A stretch of 64,000 nucleotides of DNA from Mobula hypostoma (Eukaryota), in NCBI RefSeq assembly GCF_963921235.1, contig NC_086097.1, forward strand, positions 32,676,001 through 32,740,000, read 5' to 3'. The translations under genes and the position numbers were made by a program. Position 1 is the first letter of the stretch. The number at the start of each line of letters is the position of its first letter. The notes beneath the pieces were generated by a model, which had not been told where the DNA came from, did not search any database, and saw only the letters and a list, made by a program, of their open reading frames with translations. Shown here piece after piece: positions 37,111 through 48,865 of the stretch.

Positions 37111-37592
37111 CTCTCTCTCTCTCTGGCTATCCATCCCATAGGATGATGATGGTTCCTTTCAGTCAATTAGTGGGGTTTATACCCCACTCCTCAGAAAGGA
37201 TCAGCGTGTGCGTGAATGGATTTTAGGTGAGTAGGGGGTTGTACAGGTCCAGACCCACCCTGTCAACATCCCCTCCTGGATCCAGTGGCATGGTGGGGTC
37301 CAAGACGGCTGGGGGAGGTTCTGTTGCAATGAACGGCCAGACCAAGCTTCAATGCAAGGGATGCCCTTTCCGCGCTTCACGGCACGTGTTTGCCAGATGG
37401 CCGTTGACCCTACGAGAGGGTTCATCCACCCTTTGACAGGTCTTGTTTTTCGTCCTGCAGGGTGTCTAGCCACCCTCCTCACCAGGCAAGCCCTGGTGGG
37501 GGAGCCGGTTTAGTCACCGAACTCCCAACCATGCGACAGGTAGTGCTGGGTTACATGGTACTAGTAGCACTCAGACGAGTGACCAGACTTGG
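37111..37592 (-). mobile_element. Non-autonomous retroelement (RTE-like), 482 bp, inserted in a Rex1 3' fragment (about 36880-37835)
   Basis: TSD tcaaggat at 37103-37110 and 37593-37600; (ga)n tail preceded by accatcatcatcctatgggatgga; no tRNA boxes or ORF. Confidence 0.65.
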
Positions 37593-37870
37593 TCAAGGAT
37601 AGCCTCTAACCCACTGTTATAATTATTGAATAGGATAGTAGGATAAGATGGACTCTTGATCTCATAATCAACCCCATCATGGCTTGCACTTCAGTTTCTA
37701 TGTAACATTTTATTCTGCCATTCTGTTATTGTGTTTCTCCTCAATGCACTGATGTGATGAAATGATCTATATGAATGGCATACAAAACAAAGTTTTTCAC
37801 CATACCTTGGTACATGTGACAATAACAAACTAAATAACCAATTCATGTTGTGAAAAAGGTGAACACTCAC

Positions 37871-38033
37871 CCACACGAGGCCTCGGTCGAAAGACCATCT
37901 CCAGTCCTTGCACCTCCACTGCACAGTTCTCTTGTAAGAGTGAAGACCAAGGGATGGAAACTGAAATGTTTTGGATAAATCCTTCAGTTATTTCCAAAGG
38001 TGCATCAAGTGAATCTAGGATTTCATTTAGGGA
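37871..38033 (-). CDS. ATG2B: ATG2B coding exon 2 (163 nt)
   Basis: SLNEILDSLDAPLEITEGFIQNISVSIPWSSLLQENCAVEVQGLEMVFRPRPRV; tttccag acceptor, gtgagt donor. Confidence 0.97.
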
Positions 38034-38254
38034 CTGGAAATATAAAAAAAATAGTTTCAACACCAGTTCTGAGAACACAGTTAAATAATTTTCCTTTAGG
38101 TGTATGGTAAATCTTTATTTCCATTTCACAAAAATTATGCAAATCAACTCCCCTCCAATACCATAATGATTGAAGCAGAGGTCTGTTTCACCAAAGATTG
38201 TGAAATACCTTTTACGTCCATTTTATGAAGGTTGTGCTCAGTTCTGAAGATAAG

Positions 38255-41200
38255 TGTAATGTATGGATCTGTTTCCTTTAGAGCAATGACCCCTCCCACC
38301 ACTATGTATTGTTCTGTTGTCTGCGCGTGCACATTGTTCATCTTTCCCTCTCTGCAAAGTGAATACACCAGTTAAAGCCATCTCCCATGTGCATGCTTTT
38401 ATTTAATTGATATGTAGTTGTGCAAAGATGCAACAAATTGGCGATGAGCACAAACTTGTAAGAGATGTAACCTTAGAAAGGGCATTGACCATTGCAATAT
38501 CATTAGAGACTGCAGCAAAGGATGCAGAACTACAGAAAAGGAGGTTAGAGTGTGAAATGTCTCTAAATGGTGCAAAAAACCTAAGATGTGTCGATGTGGC
38601 AAATCCTGCCATGACTGTTGGTTCAAAGAAAAAGTCTGCAAAAAGTGTCGCAGACAAGGTCGTATAGAGTGTGTGCAAAGCAGACAAAAAGCACAACCAA
38701 GTGAGAAGTCTCAAACACAAATCCAAGCAAATGCATAAAGTTACCAAATGTAGAACAGAATCAGACAAATAGAGTCTGACAAAGGTGAACTGTCATGCCT
38801 AGAACTACATAGTATTACTGAAGCAGATCACAATATAATATGGATCACAATAAATGTGTCCGGTGTAAAACTGAAAATGGAGCTATATATAGGGTCAGCT
38901 TTGTCCATAATTCCAGAGGCTGACTACAACAGACTGTTTTCTAAGATACCAGTAGAGAAGACTTCAGTGATGCTGAAGACTTACACAGGTGAAAAAGTGT
39001 CCCCCAAAAACAAACTGAAAGTAAATGTGGCATATGGAGGCCAAACACAGCTAGAGCTTTATGCATTGAAAAGTAGAGGACCAGCAATTTTCTGACGTGA
39101 ATGGTTGAGAAAAGTCTAACTAAACTGGCACTCAAAACTGTGTGTGACAGCAACAGGCAACAGCAGCCCAAACGGTAGCACTAACCAGAGACTGGCGCAG
39201 CTGTTTTAATGCTAATGGGAAGGTGTTTGAGAAGGGGATTTGTAAACTCAAAGGCATGAAGGCCGGAATTCAACTGGATGAAACAGCAACACCGAGATTC
39301 CATAAAAGCGCATCCAGTGCCTTACACACTACGTCCCAGAATGGATGGTGAACAGTAGAGCTTGTAGGAGTCCGAATTCTCTCCGGTCAAGTGGAGTAAT
39401 TGTGCCATGCCCATTTTCCCATTGCATATGGGGGATTTCAAGGTATCAACCCAGTGTTGCATACTGTGCAGTATCCCCTGCCACGAATAGAAGACATTTT
39501 TGCATCTTTTCTGGCAGGGAGAGGTTTTCAAAAATTGACTTGTCACAAGCCTATCTGTGAATAGAGATTGAGGAGTCAAGCAGGAAGTTCCTCACAATCA
39601 ACGCTCACAAAAGACTGTTTCAGTGTAATTGTCTCATCTTTGGTGTCACATCAGCTCCAGCAATTTGGCGAAGAGCAATGGACCAAGTGCTCCAAAATAC
39701 CCAGGTACACAATGTTAACTCGATGACATCATCGTGACTGGGAAAAATGATGAAGAACATCTCCAGAATCTTGATAAAGTGCTTACCAAGCTGAGTGAGT
39801 ATGGTCTGCATACAAAGATCCAAAGAGAGAGAAATGTGACCTTTTCAAGAATGAAATCCCATATTGTGGATATGTCATTAACAGGCATGGCTTACACAAG
39901 TCACAAGTGAAGACTGAAGCAGTGCTACAGGAAACCCCACATGAAACCACCACGGTGGGCTTCACAGCTGAACAGGTGAGAAGACAGTTGAAACGTCTCA
40001 ACCCAAGCAAGGCTGCAGGCCCGGATGGTGTCAGTACCAGGGTGCTCAAAGCCTGTACCCCTCAGCTATGTGGAGTACTTCGCCATGTCTTCAACCTGAG
40101 CCTGAATCTCCAGAGGGTTCCCGTGCTGTGGAAGATGTCCTGCCTCATCCCTGTGCCGATGACGCCGCGCCCCAGCAGCCTCAATGACTACAGACCGGTG
40201 GCATTGACCTCCCACATCATGAAGACCCTGGAGAGACTTGTTCTGGAGCTGCTCTGGCCTATGGTTAGGCCACACTTAGATCCCCTCCAGTTCGCCTACC
40301 AGCCCCGACTAAGAGTTGCGGATGCCATCGTCTACCTGCTGAACCGTGTCTACGCCCACCTGGACAAGCCAGCGAGCACTGTGAGGGTCATGTTTTTTGA
40401 CTTCTCCAGTGTGTTCAACACCATCCGCCCTGCTGTGCTGGGGGAGAAGCTGACAGCGATGCAGGTGGATGCTTTCCTGGTGTCATGGATTCTTGATTAC
40501 CTGACTGGCAGACCACAGTACGTGTGCTTGCAACACTGTGTGTCCGACAGAGTGATCAGCAGCACTGGGGCTCCACAGGGGACTGTCTTGTCTCCCCTTC
40601 TCTTCACCATTTACACCTCGGACTTCAACTACTGCACAGAGTCTTGTCATCTTCAGAAGTTTTCGGATGACTCTGCCATAGTTGGATGCATCAGCAAGGA
40701 AAATGAGGCTGAGTACAGGGCTATGGTAGGCAACTTTGTCACGTGGTGTGAGCAGAATTATCTGCAGCTTAATGTGAAAAAGACTAAGGAGCTGGTGGTA
40801 GACCTGAGGAGAGCTAAGGTACTGGTGACCCCTGTTTCCATCCAGGGGGTCAGTGTGGACGTGGTGGAGGATTACAAATACCTGGGGATACGAACTGACA
40901 ATAAACTGAACTAGTCAAAGAACACTGAGGCTGTCTACAAGAAGGGTCAGTGCCGTCTCTATATCCTGAGGAGACTGAGGTCCTTTAACATCTGTCCGAC
41001 GATGCTGAGGATGTTCTACGAGTCTGTGGTGGCCAGTGCGATCATGCTTGCTGTTGTGTGCTGGGGCAGCAGGCTGAGGGTAGCAGACACCAAGAGAATC
41101 AACAAACTCATTCAGAAGGCCAGTGATGTGGGGATGGAACTGGACTCTCTGACGGTGGTGTCTGAAAAGAGGATGCTGTCCAAGTTGCATGCCATCTTGG

Positions 41201-42490
41201 ACAATGTCTCCCATCCACTACATAATGGACTGGTTGGGCACAGGAGTGCATTCAGCCAGAGACTCATTCCACCGAGATGCAACACAGAGCGTCATAGGAA
41301 GTCATTCCTGCCTGTGGCCATCAAACTTTACAACTCCTCCCTTGGAGGGTCAGACACCCTGAGCCAATAGGCTGGTCCTGGACTTATTTCCTGGCATAAT
41401 TTACATATTACTATTTAATTATTTATGGTTTTATTACTATTTAATTATTTATGGTGCAACTGTAACAAAAACTAATTTCCCTCAGGATCGATAAAGTATG
41501 ACTATGACTATGACTAAACTGGAAAACATCACAACTCAGGTCATACTTGGGCCTTGTAAGCTACTACCACCAGTTTCTCCCAAACATTGCTACGGTGCTG
41601 CATCCATTGAACGCACAGTTACAGACAGGAGCAAAGTGGGAATGGTCAGAAAGATGTGAAAAAGCAGTCAAGGAAACAAAAAAACTAATAACATCCGATG
41701 AACTGCTCACCCATTATGACCCATCCCTATCCATCAGACTGGTGTGCAATGTGACCCGTTATGGCATTGGAGCTGTTTTATCACACGTTATGAAAAATGG
41801 ATCTGAACGCCTGATTGCGTTTGCTTCAAGATCACTGAAGAGCGCAAAAGACAACTATGCACACATCGACTGAGGGGCCCTTTGTCTAGTGTGGGGAATA
41901 AAGTAGCTCCACACTACCTCTACGGACAAAAGTTTATGCTAGTGATGGATCACCAGCCCCTTGTCTCCATTTTCAATCCCAGGAAGGGAATTCCAGTGAT
42001 GACTGTTACCCGGTTATAATGTTGGGCATTGTTCCTAGGAGCCCAGTCTTATGACAAGGAGTTTAAGGGTATCAAACAACACAGCAATGCAGATGGCTTA
42101 CCACATCTTTCACTATTGGCAACTGAAGAAGAAAAGTTTTCATACTGTGACCCAGCAGACGTGTACCACACAGCATCGGTGGACCAGTTGCCAGAAACAA
42201 ATTCCAAAATACAACGGGAAACAAAGAATGATCCAACATTGTCAAAAGTCTATGAAATCACCACGCAAGGATGGCCAGCTCATGGTAACCGTACTTTTCC
42301 CAGAGTTCTCAGCGAGACGAGACCAACTGTCAAAGAATGCTGATGTGTGAATCTCATATTGTGGTTCCCTCTAGGCTGTGCACCAGAGTGTTAGAAAATC
42401 TGCATGAAGGACATGCAGTCAAGATGAACAGTCTTGTCTGGAGCTACGTGTGGCAGCTGGGAATAGATAAACAGATTGAAGGCTTGGTCC
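38255..42490 (+). mobile_element. Gypsy LTR retrotransposon, decayed and 3'-truncated
   Basis: Putative 5' LTR TG...CA 38255-38435, PBS-like tggcgatgag 38439-38448; gag end, protease remnant (LKMELYIGSALSII), RT, RNase H (YGIGAVLSH, IAFASRSL), integrase start (LHEGH); no 3' LTR seen. Confidence 0.88.
39931..41515 (+). mobile_element. Young Rex1/Babar LINE, 5'-truncated, inserted in Gypsy pol
   Basis: KAAGPDG...FFDFSSVFNTI...GAPQGTVLSP...FSDDS; single TAG at 40912-40914, same frame continues to 41370; tail (gactat)n. Confidence 0.95.
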
Positions 42491-42781
42491 AATTCATCCA
42501 TGCTGAACATGATTCCTATCTATACGATTTCCATTTGCCTTCTCTCCCATCTCCCCCCCAACCTGTGCTTCTGCTCCTTTCCTGGTGGTGTTAGCATTTT
42601 AAGATAAGATTTCATCTGCCAGCAACTTAGGCTGCGTTAATCAATTTTAATATGCTAAGCATTTAGATGGCAAATTAATTAATCCAATTATAATAAGAAA
42701 CATTAATCAGAATGTATTTACCAGCATTAAATATAGGACTTATAAGTAGAGATTTATGAGCTTATAACACACATAATATTT

Positions 42782-43685
42782 CCCTCCCCCCCCTCTCTGC
42801 ATTCCGCAGGGATCGCTCCCTACACAACTCCCTTGTCCATTCGTCCCCCCCATCCCTCCCCACTGATCTCCCTCCTGGCACTTATCCGTGTAAGCGGAAC
42901 AAGTGCTACACATGCCCTTACACTTCCTCCCTTACCACCATTCAGGGCCCCAAACAGTCCTTCCAGGTGAGGCATCACTTCACCTGTGAGTCGACTGGGG
43001 TGATATACTGCATCCGGTGCTCCCGATGTGGCCTTTTATATATTGGTGAGACCCGACGCAGACTGGGAGACCGCTTTGCTGAACATCTACGCTCTGTCCG
43101 CCAGAGAAAGCAGGATCTCCCAGTGGCCACACATTTTAATTCCACATCCCATTCCCATTCTGACATGTCTATCCACGGCCTCCTCTACTGTAAAGATGAA
43201 GCCACACTCAGGTTGGAGGAACAACACCTTATATTCCGTCTGGGTAGCCTCCAACCTGATGGCATGAACATCGACTTCTCCAAATTCCGCTAAGGCCCCA
43301 CCTCCCCCTCGTACCCCATCTGTTACTCATTTTTATGCACACATTCTTTCTCTCAGTCTCCTTTTTCTCCCTCTGTCCCTCTGAATATACCTCTTGCCCA
43401 TCCTCTGGGTCACCCCCCCCCGTCTTTCTTCCCGGACCTCCTGTCCCATGATCCTCTCGTATCCCCTTTTGCCTATCACCTGTCCAGCTCTCGGCTCTAT
43501 CCCTCCCCCTCCTGTCTTCTCCTATCATTTTGCATCTCCCCCTCCCCCTCCAGCTTTCAAATCCCTTACTCACTCTTCCTTCAGTTAGTCCTGACGAAGG
43601 GTCTCGGCCTGAAACGTCGACTGCGCCTCTTCCTATAGATGCTGCTTGGCCTGCTGCGTTCACCAGCAACTTTGATGTGTGTTGC
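42782..43685 (+). mobile_element. Young Penelope-like element, 5'-truncated (GIY-YIG endonuclease + pLTR)
   Basis: Open frame to 43293 with VIYCIRCSRCGLLYIGETRRRLGDRFAEH; 8-bp TSD taatattt at 42774-42781 and 43686-43693. Confidence 0.95.
43587..43622 (+). ncRNA. Minimal hammerhead ribozyme (Penelope pLTR)
   Basis: agtcCTGACGAagggtctcggcctGAAACGTCgact. Confidence 0.82.
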
Positions 43686-43989
43686 TAATATTTAGCAATT
43701 AGCTGTAGAAAGTATTATATTGAATCCATAGTAATACACACAAAATGCTGGGGGAACTCAGCAGGTCAGGCAGCAGCTTTGGTTAGGATTAAACAGTCAA
43801 TGTTTTGGGCCGAGACCCTGAGGATTTACTTCACTATTTTGCTCTCGACACGAAACGTCAACTCTTTATTCCTTTCCACAGATGCTGTCAGATCTGGGGA
43901 GTTCCTCTAGCATTTTGTGTGTATTACTCTGGATTTCCAACATCTGCAGAATCTCTTGTATTTACATTAAGAATCAAGACTTTAATACC

Positions 43990-46820
43990 AGTGTCAATTA
44001 TGAAGTAAGTGGATGAGCTTAGAGTGTGGATCAGTACTTGGAGCTATGATGTTGTGGCCATTAGACTTGGATGGTGCAGGGGCAGGAATGGCTACTTCAT
44101 GTGCCGGTTTTTAGATGTCTCAGAAAGGACAGGGAGGGAGGCAAAAGAGGTGAGGGCGTGGCACTGTTGATCAAGGATATTGTCACGGCTGCAGAAAAGG
44201 AAGAATTCATGGAGGGGTTGTCTATGGAGTCTCTGTGGGTGAAAGTTAGGAATAGGACGGGGTCAATAACTCTACTAGGTGTTTTTTATAGACCACTGAA
44301 TAGTAACAGGGACATCGAGGAGCAGATAGGGAGACAGATTCTGCAAAGGTGTAATAATAACAGGGTTGTTAGGATGGGAGATTTTAATTTCCCAAATATT
44401 GATTGGCATCTCCCTAGAGTGAGGGGTTTAGACAGGGTGGAGTTTGTTAGGTGTGTTGAGGAAGGCTTCTTGACACAATATGTAGACAAGCCTACAAGAT
44501 GAGAGGCTGTACTTGATGTGGTATTGGGAAATGAACCTGGTCAGGTGTCAGGACTCTTAGTGGGAGAGCATTTTGGAGATAGTGATCACAATTCTACCTC
44601 CTTTACCATAGCATTGGAGAGGGAGAGGAACAGACAAGTTAGGGAAATGTTTAATTGGAGTAAGGGGAAATATGAAGCTTTCAGGCAGGAACTTGGAAGC
44701 ATAAATTGGAAACAGCTGTTCTCAGGGAAACTTACGGAAGAAATGTGGCAAATGTTCTGGGGATATTTGTGTGGGGTTCTGCATAGGTACGTTCCAATGA
44801 AACAGGGAAAGGATGGTAGGATACAGGAACTGTGGTGTACAAAGGCTATTGTAAATCTAGTCAAGACAAAAGTGCTTACGAAAGGTTCAAAAAAAAAACT
44901 AGGTAATGATAGAGATCTAGAAGGTTATAAGTCTAGCAGGAAGAAGCTTAAGAATGAAATTAGGAGAGCCAGAAGGGGCCATGAGAAGGTCTTGGCGGAA
45001 AGGATTAAGGAAAACCCCAAGGCATTCTACAAGTATATGAAGAGCAAGAAGATAAGACGCGAGAGAATATGACCAATCAAGTGTGACAGCGGAAAACTGT
45101 GTATGGAACTGGAGGAAATAGCAGAGGTACTTGATGAATACTTTGCTTCAGTATACACTATGGAAAAGGATCTTAGCAATTGTAGGGATGACTTGCAGCG
45201 GACTGAAAAGCTTGAGCATATAGACATTAAGAAAGAGGATGTGCTAGAGCTTTTGGAAAGCATCAAGTTGGATAAGTCACCGGGACTGGACAGAATGTAC
45301 CCCAGGCTACTGTCCGAAGCGAGGGAGGAGATTGCTGAGCCTCTGGTGATGATCTTTGCATCATCACCGAGGACAGGAGAGGTTCCAGAGGATTGGAGGG
45401 TTGCGGATGTTGTTCCCTTATTCAAGAAGGGGAGTAGAGATAGCCCAGAAAATTATAGGCCAGTGAGTCTTACTCCAGTGGTTGCTATGTTGATGGAGAA
45501 GATCCTGACAGGCACGATTTATGAACACTTAGAGAGGCATAATATGATTAGGAATAGTCAGCCTGGCTTTGTCAAAGGCAGATCATGCCTTATGAGTCTG
45601 ATTGAATTTTTTGAGGATGTGACGAAGCATATTGATAAAGGTACAGCCGTAGATGTAGAGTATATGGATTTCAGCAAGGCATTTGATAAGGTATCCCATG
45701 CAAGGCTTATTGAGAAAGTAAGGAGGCATGGGATCCAAGGGGACATTGCTTTGTGGATCCAGAACTGGCTTGCTCACAGAAAGCAAAGAGTGGTTGTAGA
45801 TGGGTCATATTCTGTATGGAGGTCGGTGACCAGTGGTGTATCTCAGGGATCTGTTCCGGGACCCCAACTCTTTGTGATTTTTATAAATGACCTGGAGTGA
45901 GGAAGTGGAGGGATGGGTTAGTAAATTTGCTAATGACACAAAGGTTGAGGGTGTTGTAGATAGTGGGGAGGGCTGTCAGAGGTTACGGCAGGACATTGAT
46001 AGGATGCAAAACTGGGCTGAGAAGTGGCAGATGAAGTTCAACCCAGATAAGTTTGAGGTGGTTCAGTTTGGTAGGTCAAATATGATGGCAGAATATAGTA
46101 TTAATGGTAAGACTCTTGGCAGAGGGATCTTGGGGTCCGAGTCTATAGGACAATCAAAGCTGCTATGCAGGTTGACTCTGTGGTTAAGAAGGCATACGGT
46201 GCATTGGCCTTCAGCAACCGTGGGATTGAGTTCAAGAGCCGAGAGGTAATGTTGCAACTGTATAGGACCCTGGTCAGACCCCACTTGGAGTACCGTGCTC
46301 AGTTCTGGTCACCTCACTACAGGAAGGACGTGGAAACCATAGAAAGGGTGCAGAGGAGATTTACAAGGATGTTGCCTGGATTGGGGAGCATGCCTTATGA
46401 GAATAGGTTGAGTGAACTCAGCCTTTTCTCCTTGGAACGATGGAGGATGAGAGATGACCTGATAGAGGTGTACAAGATAATGAGAGGCATTGATCGTGTG
46501 GATGGTCAGCGGCTTTTTCCCAGGGCTGAAATGGCTAGCACGAGATGCCATAGTTTTAAGGTGCTTGGAAGCAGGTACAGAGGAGATGTCAGGAGTAAGT
46601 TTTTTTATGCAGAGAATGGTAAGTGCGTGGAATGGGCTGCCGGCAGCGGTGGTGGAGGCGGAAACGATAGGGTCTTTTAAGAGGCTCCTGGATAGGTACA
46701 CAGAGCTTAGAAAAATAAAGGGCTATGGGTAAGCCTAGGTAGTTCTAAAGTAAGGACATGTTCGGTACAGCTCTGTGGGCTGAAGGGCATGTATTGTGCT
46801 GTAGGTTTTCTATGTTTCTA
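43990..46820 (+). mobile_element. CR1 LINE, near-complete ORF2, disrupted
   Basis: DELRVWISTWSYDVVAI endonuclease start, GDFNFP, RT ORFs 45103-45900 and onward, tail ttctatgtttcta. Confidence 0.95.
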
Positions 46821-46954
46821 ATTAACACACAACAGTACAGCAAGGGAACAAGCCCTTTGGCTTACAATGTTGTGCAAAACTGATTAAACTAGTAATTAAT
46901 TACCTAACTTCATTCTCTGCACACTGATGTGCCTACCTAAGTGCCTCCATCATG

Positions 46955-48865
46955 CAGGACCTGGATAAAGTATTCAGCCCCCAACCTTTGTTCACATAAA
47001 TGAGTGATTTTGATCAATTTAACTGAGAATTTTTATTTGTGAGTCAATGTTCCTTCCCCCCCCCCGTCAACAGTAGAGCCCAAAAAATAGGGAAAATTGT
47101 AAAGCATGAAAATTTTAAAATGCAAAAACTGAAAGGTCTGCACTTCGAAAGTTTTCATCCCCCTTTGCTCGGTGCTTAGCTGAACCACCTCTTACAGCTA
47201 TTACAGCCAGAAATCTTTTTAGATAAATCTTTATTGGCTTTGCACAACATGTTGGAACAAGGTTTGTCCTTGCAAAATTGCTCCTGCTGTGCCAGGTTGG
47301 TTGGAGAGCAGCAGTGGATAGCAATCTTGAGGTACTGCCCGAGATCTCCAGTCGGGTTTTGGTCAGAACTCTGTCTGGGCTGAACTGCAGTCCAAGAACA
47401 GCATTCTCACATAAGCATCCCTGCTCTCCAGGTGTGTAGAGCTGTGGCTGTTGCGTCATCCGTCGATCGGTTGTGTCGGTCGGTGAATTGTCGGGAGTCC
47501 AGTGTGAGCGGTAACATGCTACAGATGTAGTCCTTGACCAGCCTCTCAAAGCACTTGCTTATTACTAAGGCGAGAGTGCGAGAGGACGCCAGTTGTTCAA
47601 ACATGTTACCTTGGTTGTTTTTTTTGGGTACAGGGACAATGGTGGATGTTTCGAAGCAGGAAGACACTCTGCACTGGGAGAAGGGGAGATTAAAAATGTC
47701 TGCAAACACACCGGCTAGTTGTGCCACGCACCCTCTGAGTACCCGCCGGCGACAATGATAGCAGCCTCCGGGTGTACAGTCTCCAGGGTGCTGATGGTCT
47801 CTTACAGTTCCCTGAGAGGCAGGTCAGTATCAGCCTGTGATAATAACAGCCGCAAACTCTCTAGGCAGCCAGAAAGGTTTACATGCCGGTCCTTCTCCCT
47901 CGCCTCCGGTGCCACTTCTGAGATAGATGAGCCTCCCATGGATCAGGTAAGCTGGGGTTTCCAGTGTAGAAAAGGCGGCACGCTGTGGGTAAATGTCCTC
48001 TTCCCAATGTTCAGAAGAGTCAGTCGATCATACCTGATGTGACTATCAGCTTCTTGACAAGAAATGCAAAGGAAATTGCAGAAATTAGCAATACACTGTA
48101 AAGTTGGTACAGAGCTCGCAACACGGTTGCTGTACATGGTGCCATCTTTGGTGAGTCAGCTAGGTAACACCATCCCTACTGTAAAGTATAGTGGAGGTAG
48201 CATTATGCTATGGGAATGCTTTTCAGCAGCAGGGACTAGAAATCTGGTCAGGACTGATGGGAAGATAAATGCTGCTAAATACAGAGAGATCCTTGATAAA
48301 AACCTGCTAGCCTCTGCCAGAAATCTTAAACTGGGGAGGAAATTCATCTTTCAGCAGGACAATGACTCAAAGCACACTGCCAGAGCAACCATGGAATGGC
48401 TTCAAATGAAGAAAATTGTTGTCTTTGAGTAGCCCAGACAGAGTCCTGACCTTAACCTGATCGAACATCTCTGGCAAGACCTCAATATAATGTCCGCTGC
48501 TGCTCTCGAACAAACCTGGTACAGCTTGAGCAATTTTGCAAGGAGGAAAGGGCGAATCTTGCCCCATCACATTGTGCAAAGCTAATACAGACTTATCCAA
48601 AAAGAGTACTGGTTGTAATAGCTGTGAGAGGTGGTTCAGCTAAGTATTGAACAAAGGGGATGAATACTTTTGAAATGCTGATAGTTCAGCTTTTGAATTT
48701 GTAGTTTTTATGCTTTACAATTTCCCCTTTTTTGGGGGCTCCACTGTGAAAAAAGGAGAATGGGATACACAAATAAAAATTCTCAGTTAAATTCATTAAT
48801 CCCTGGTTGTAATACTCATTTATGTGAACAATGGGTTGGGGGCTGAATACTCTTTCAGGGTCCTG
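46955..48865. mobile_element. Degenerate Tc1 composite with a transposase 3' end at both termini
   Basis: About 200-bp IRs (caggacc..gtattcagccccc); plus arm [24 protein letters not shown]; minus arm KRFLAVIAVRGGSAKH; TA at 48866-48867. Confidence 0.85.
47386..48150 (-). mobile_element. Rex1/Babar fragment including probable 5' start (aagatggcacc)
   Basis: QLAGVFADIFNL..TIVPVPKK..KCFERLVKDYI; 5' region IRYDRLTLLNIG. Confidence 0.75.

Noticed and set aside
37505..37590. Canonical HDV-like or twister ribozyme call
   Set aside because: A P1-like helix is present, but P3/L3/P1.1 and twister core motifs could not be fitted; kept only as a structured-RNA finding.
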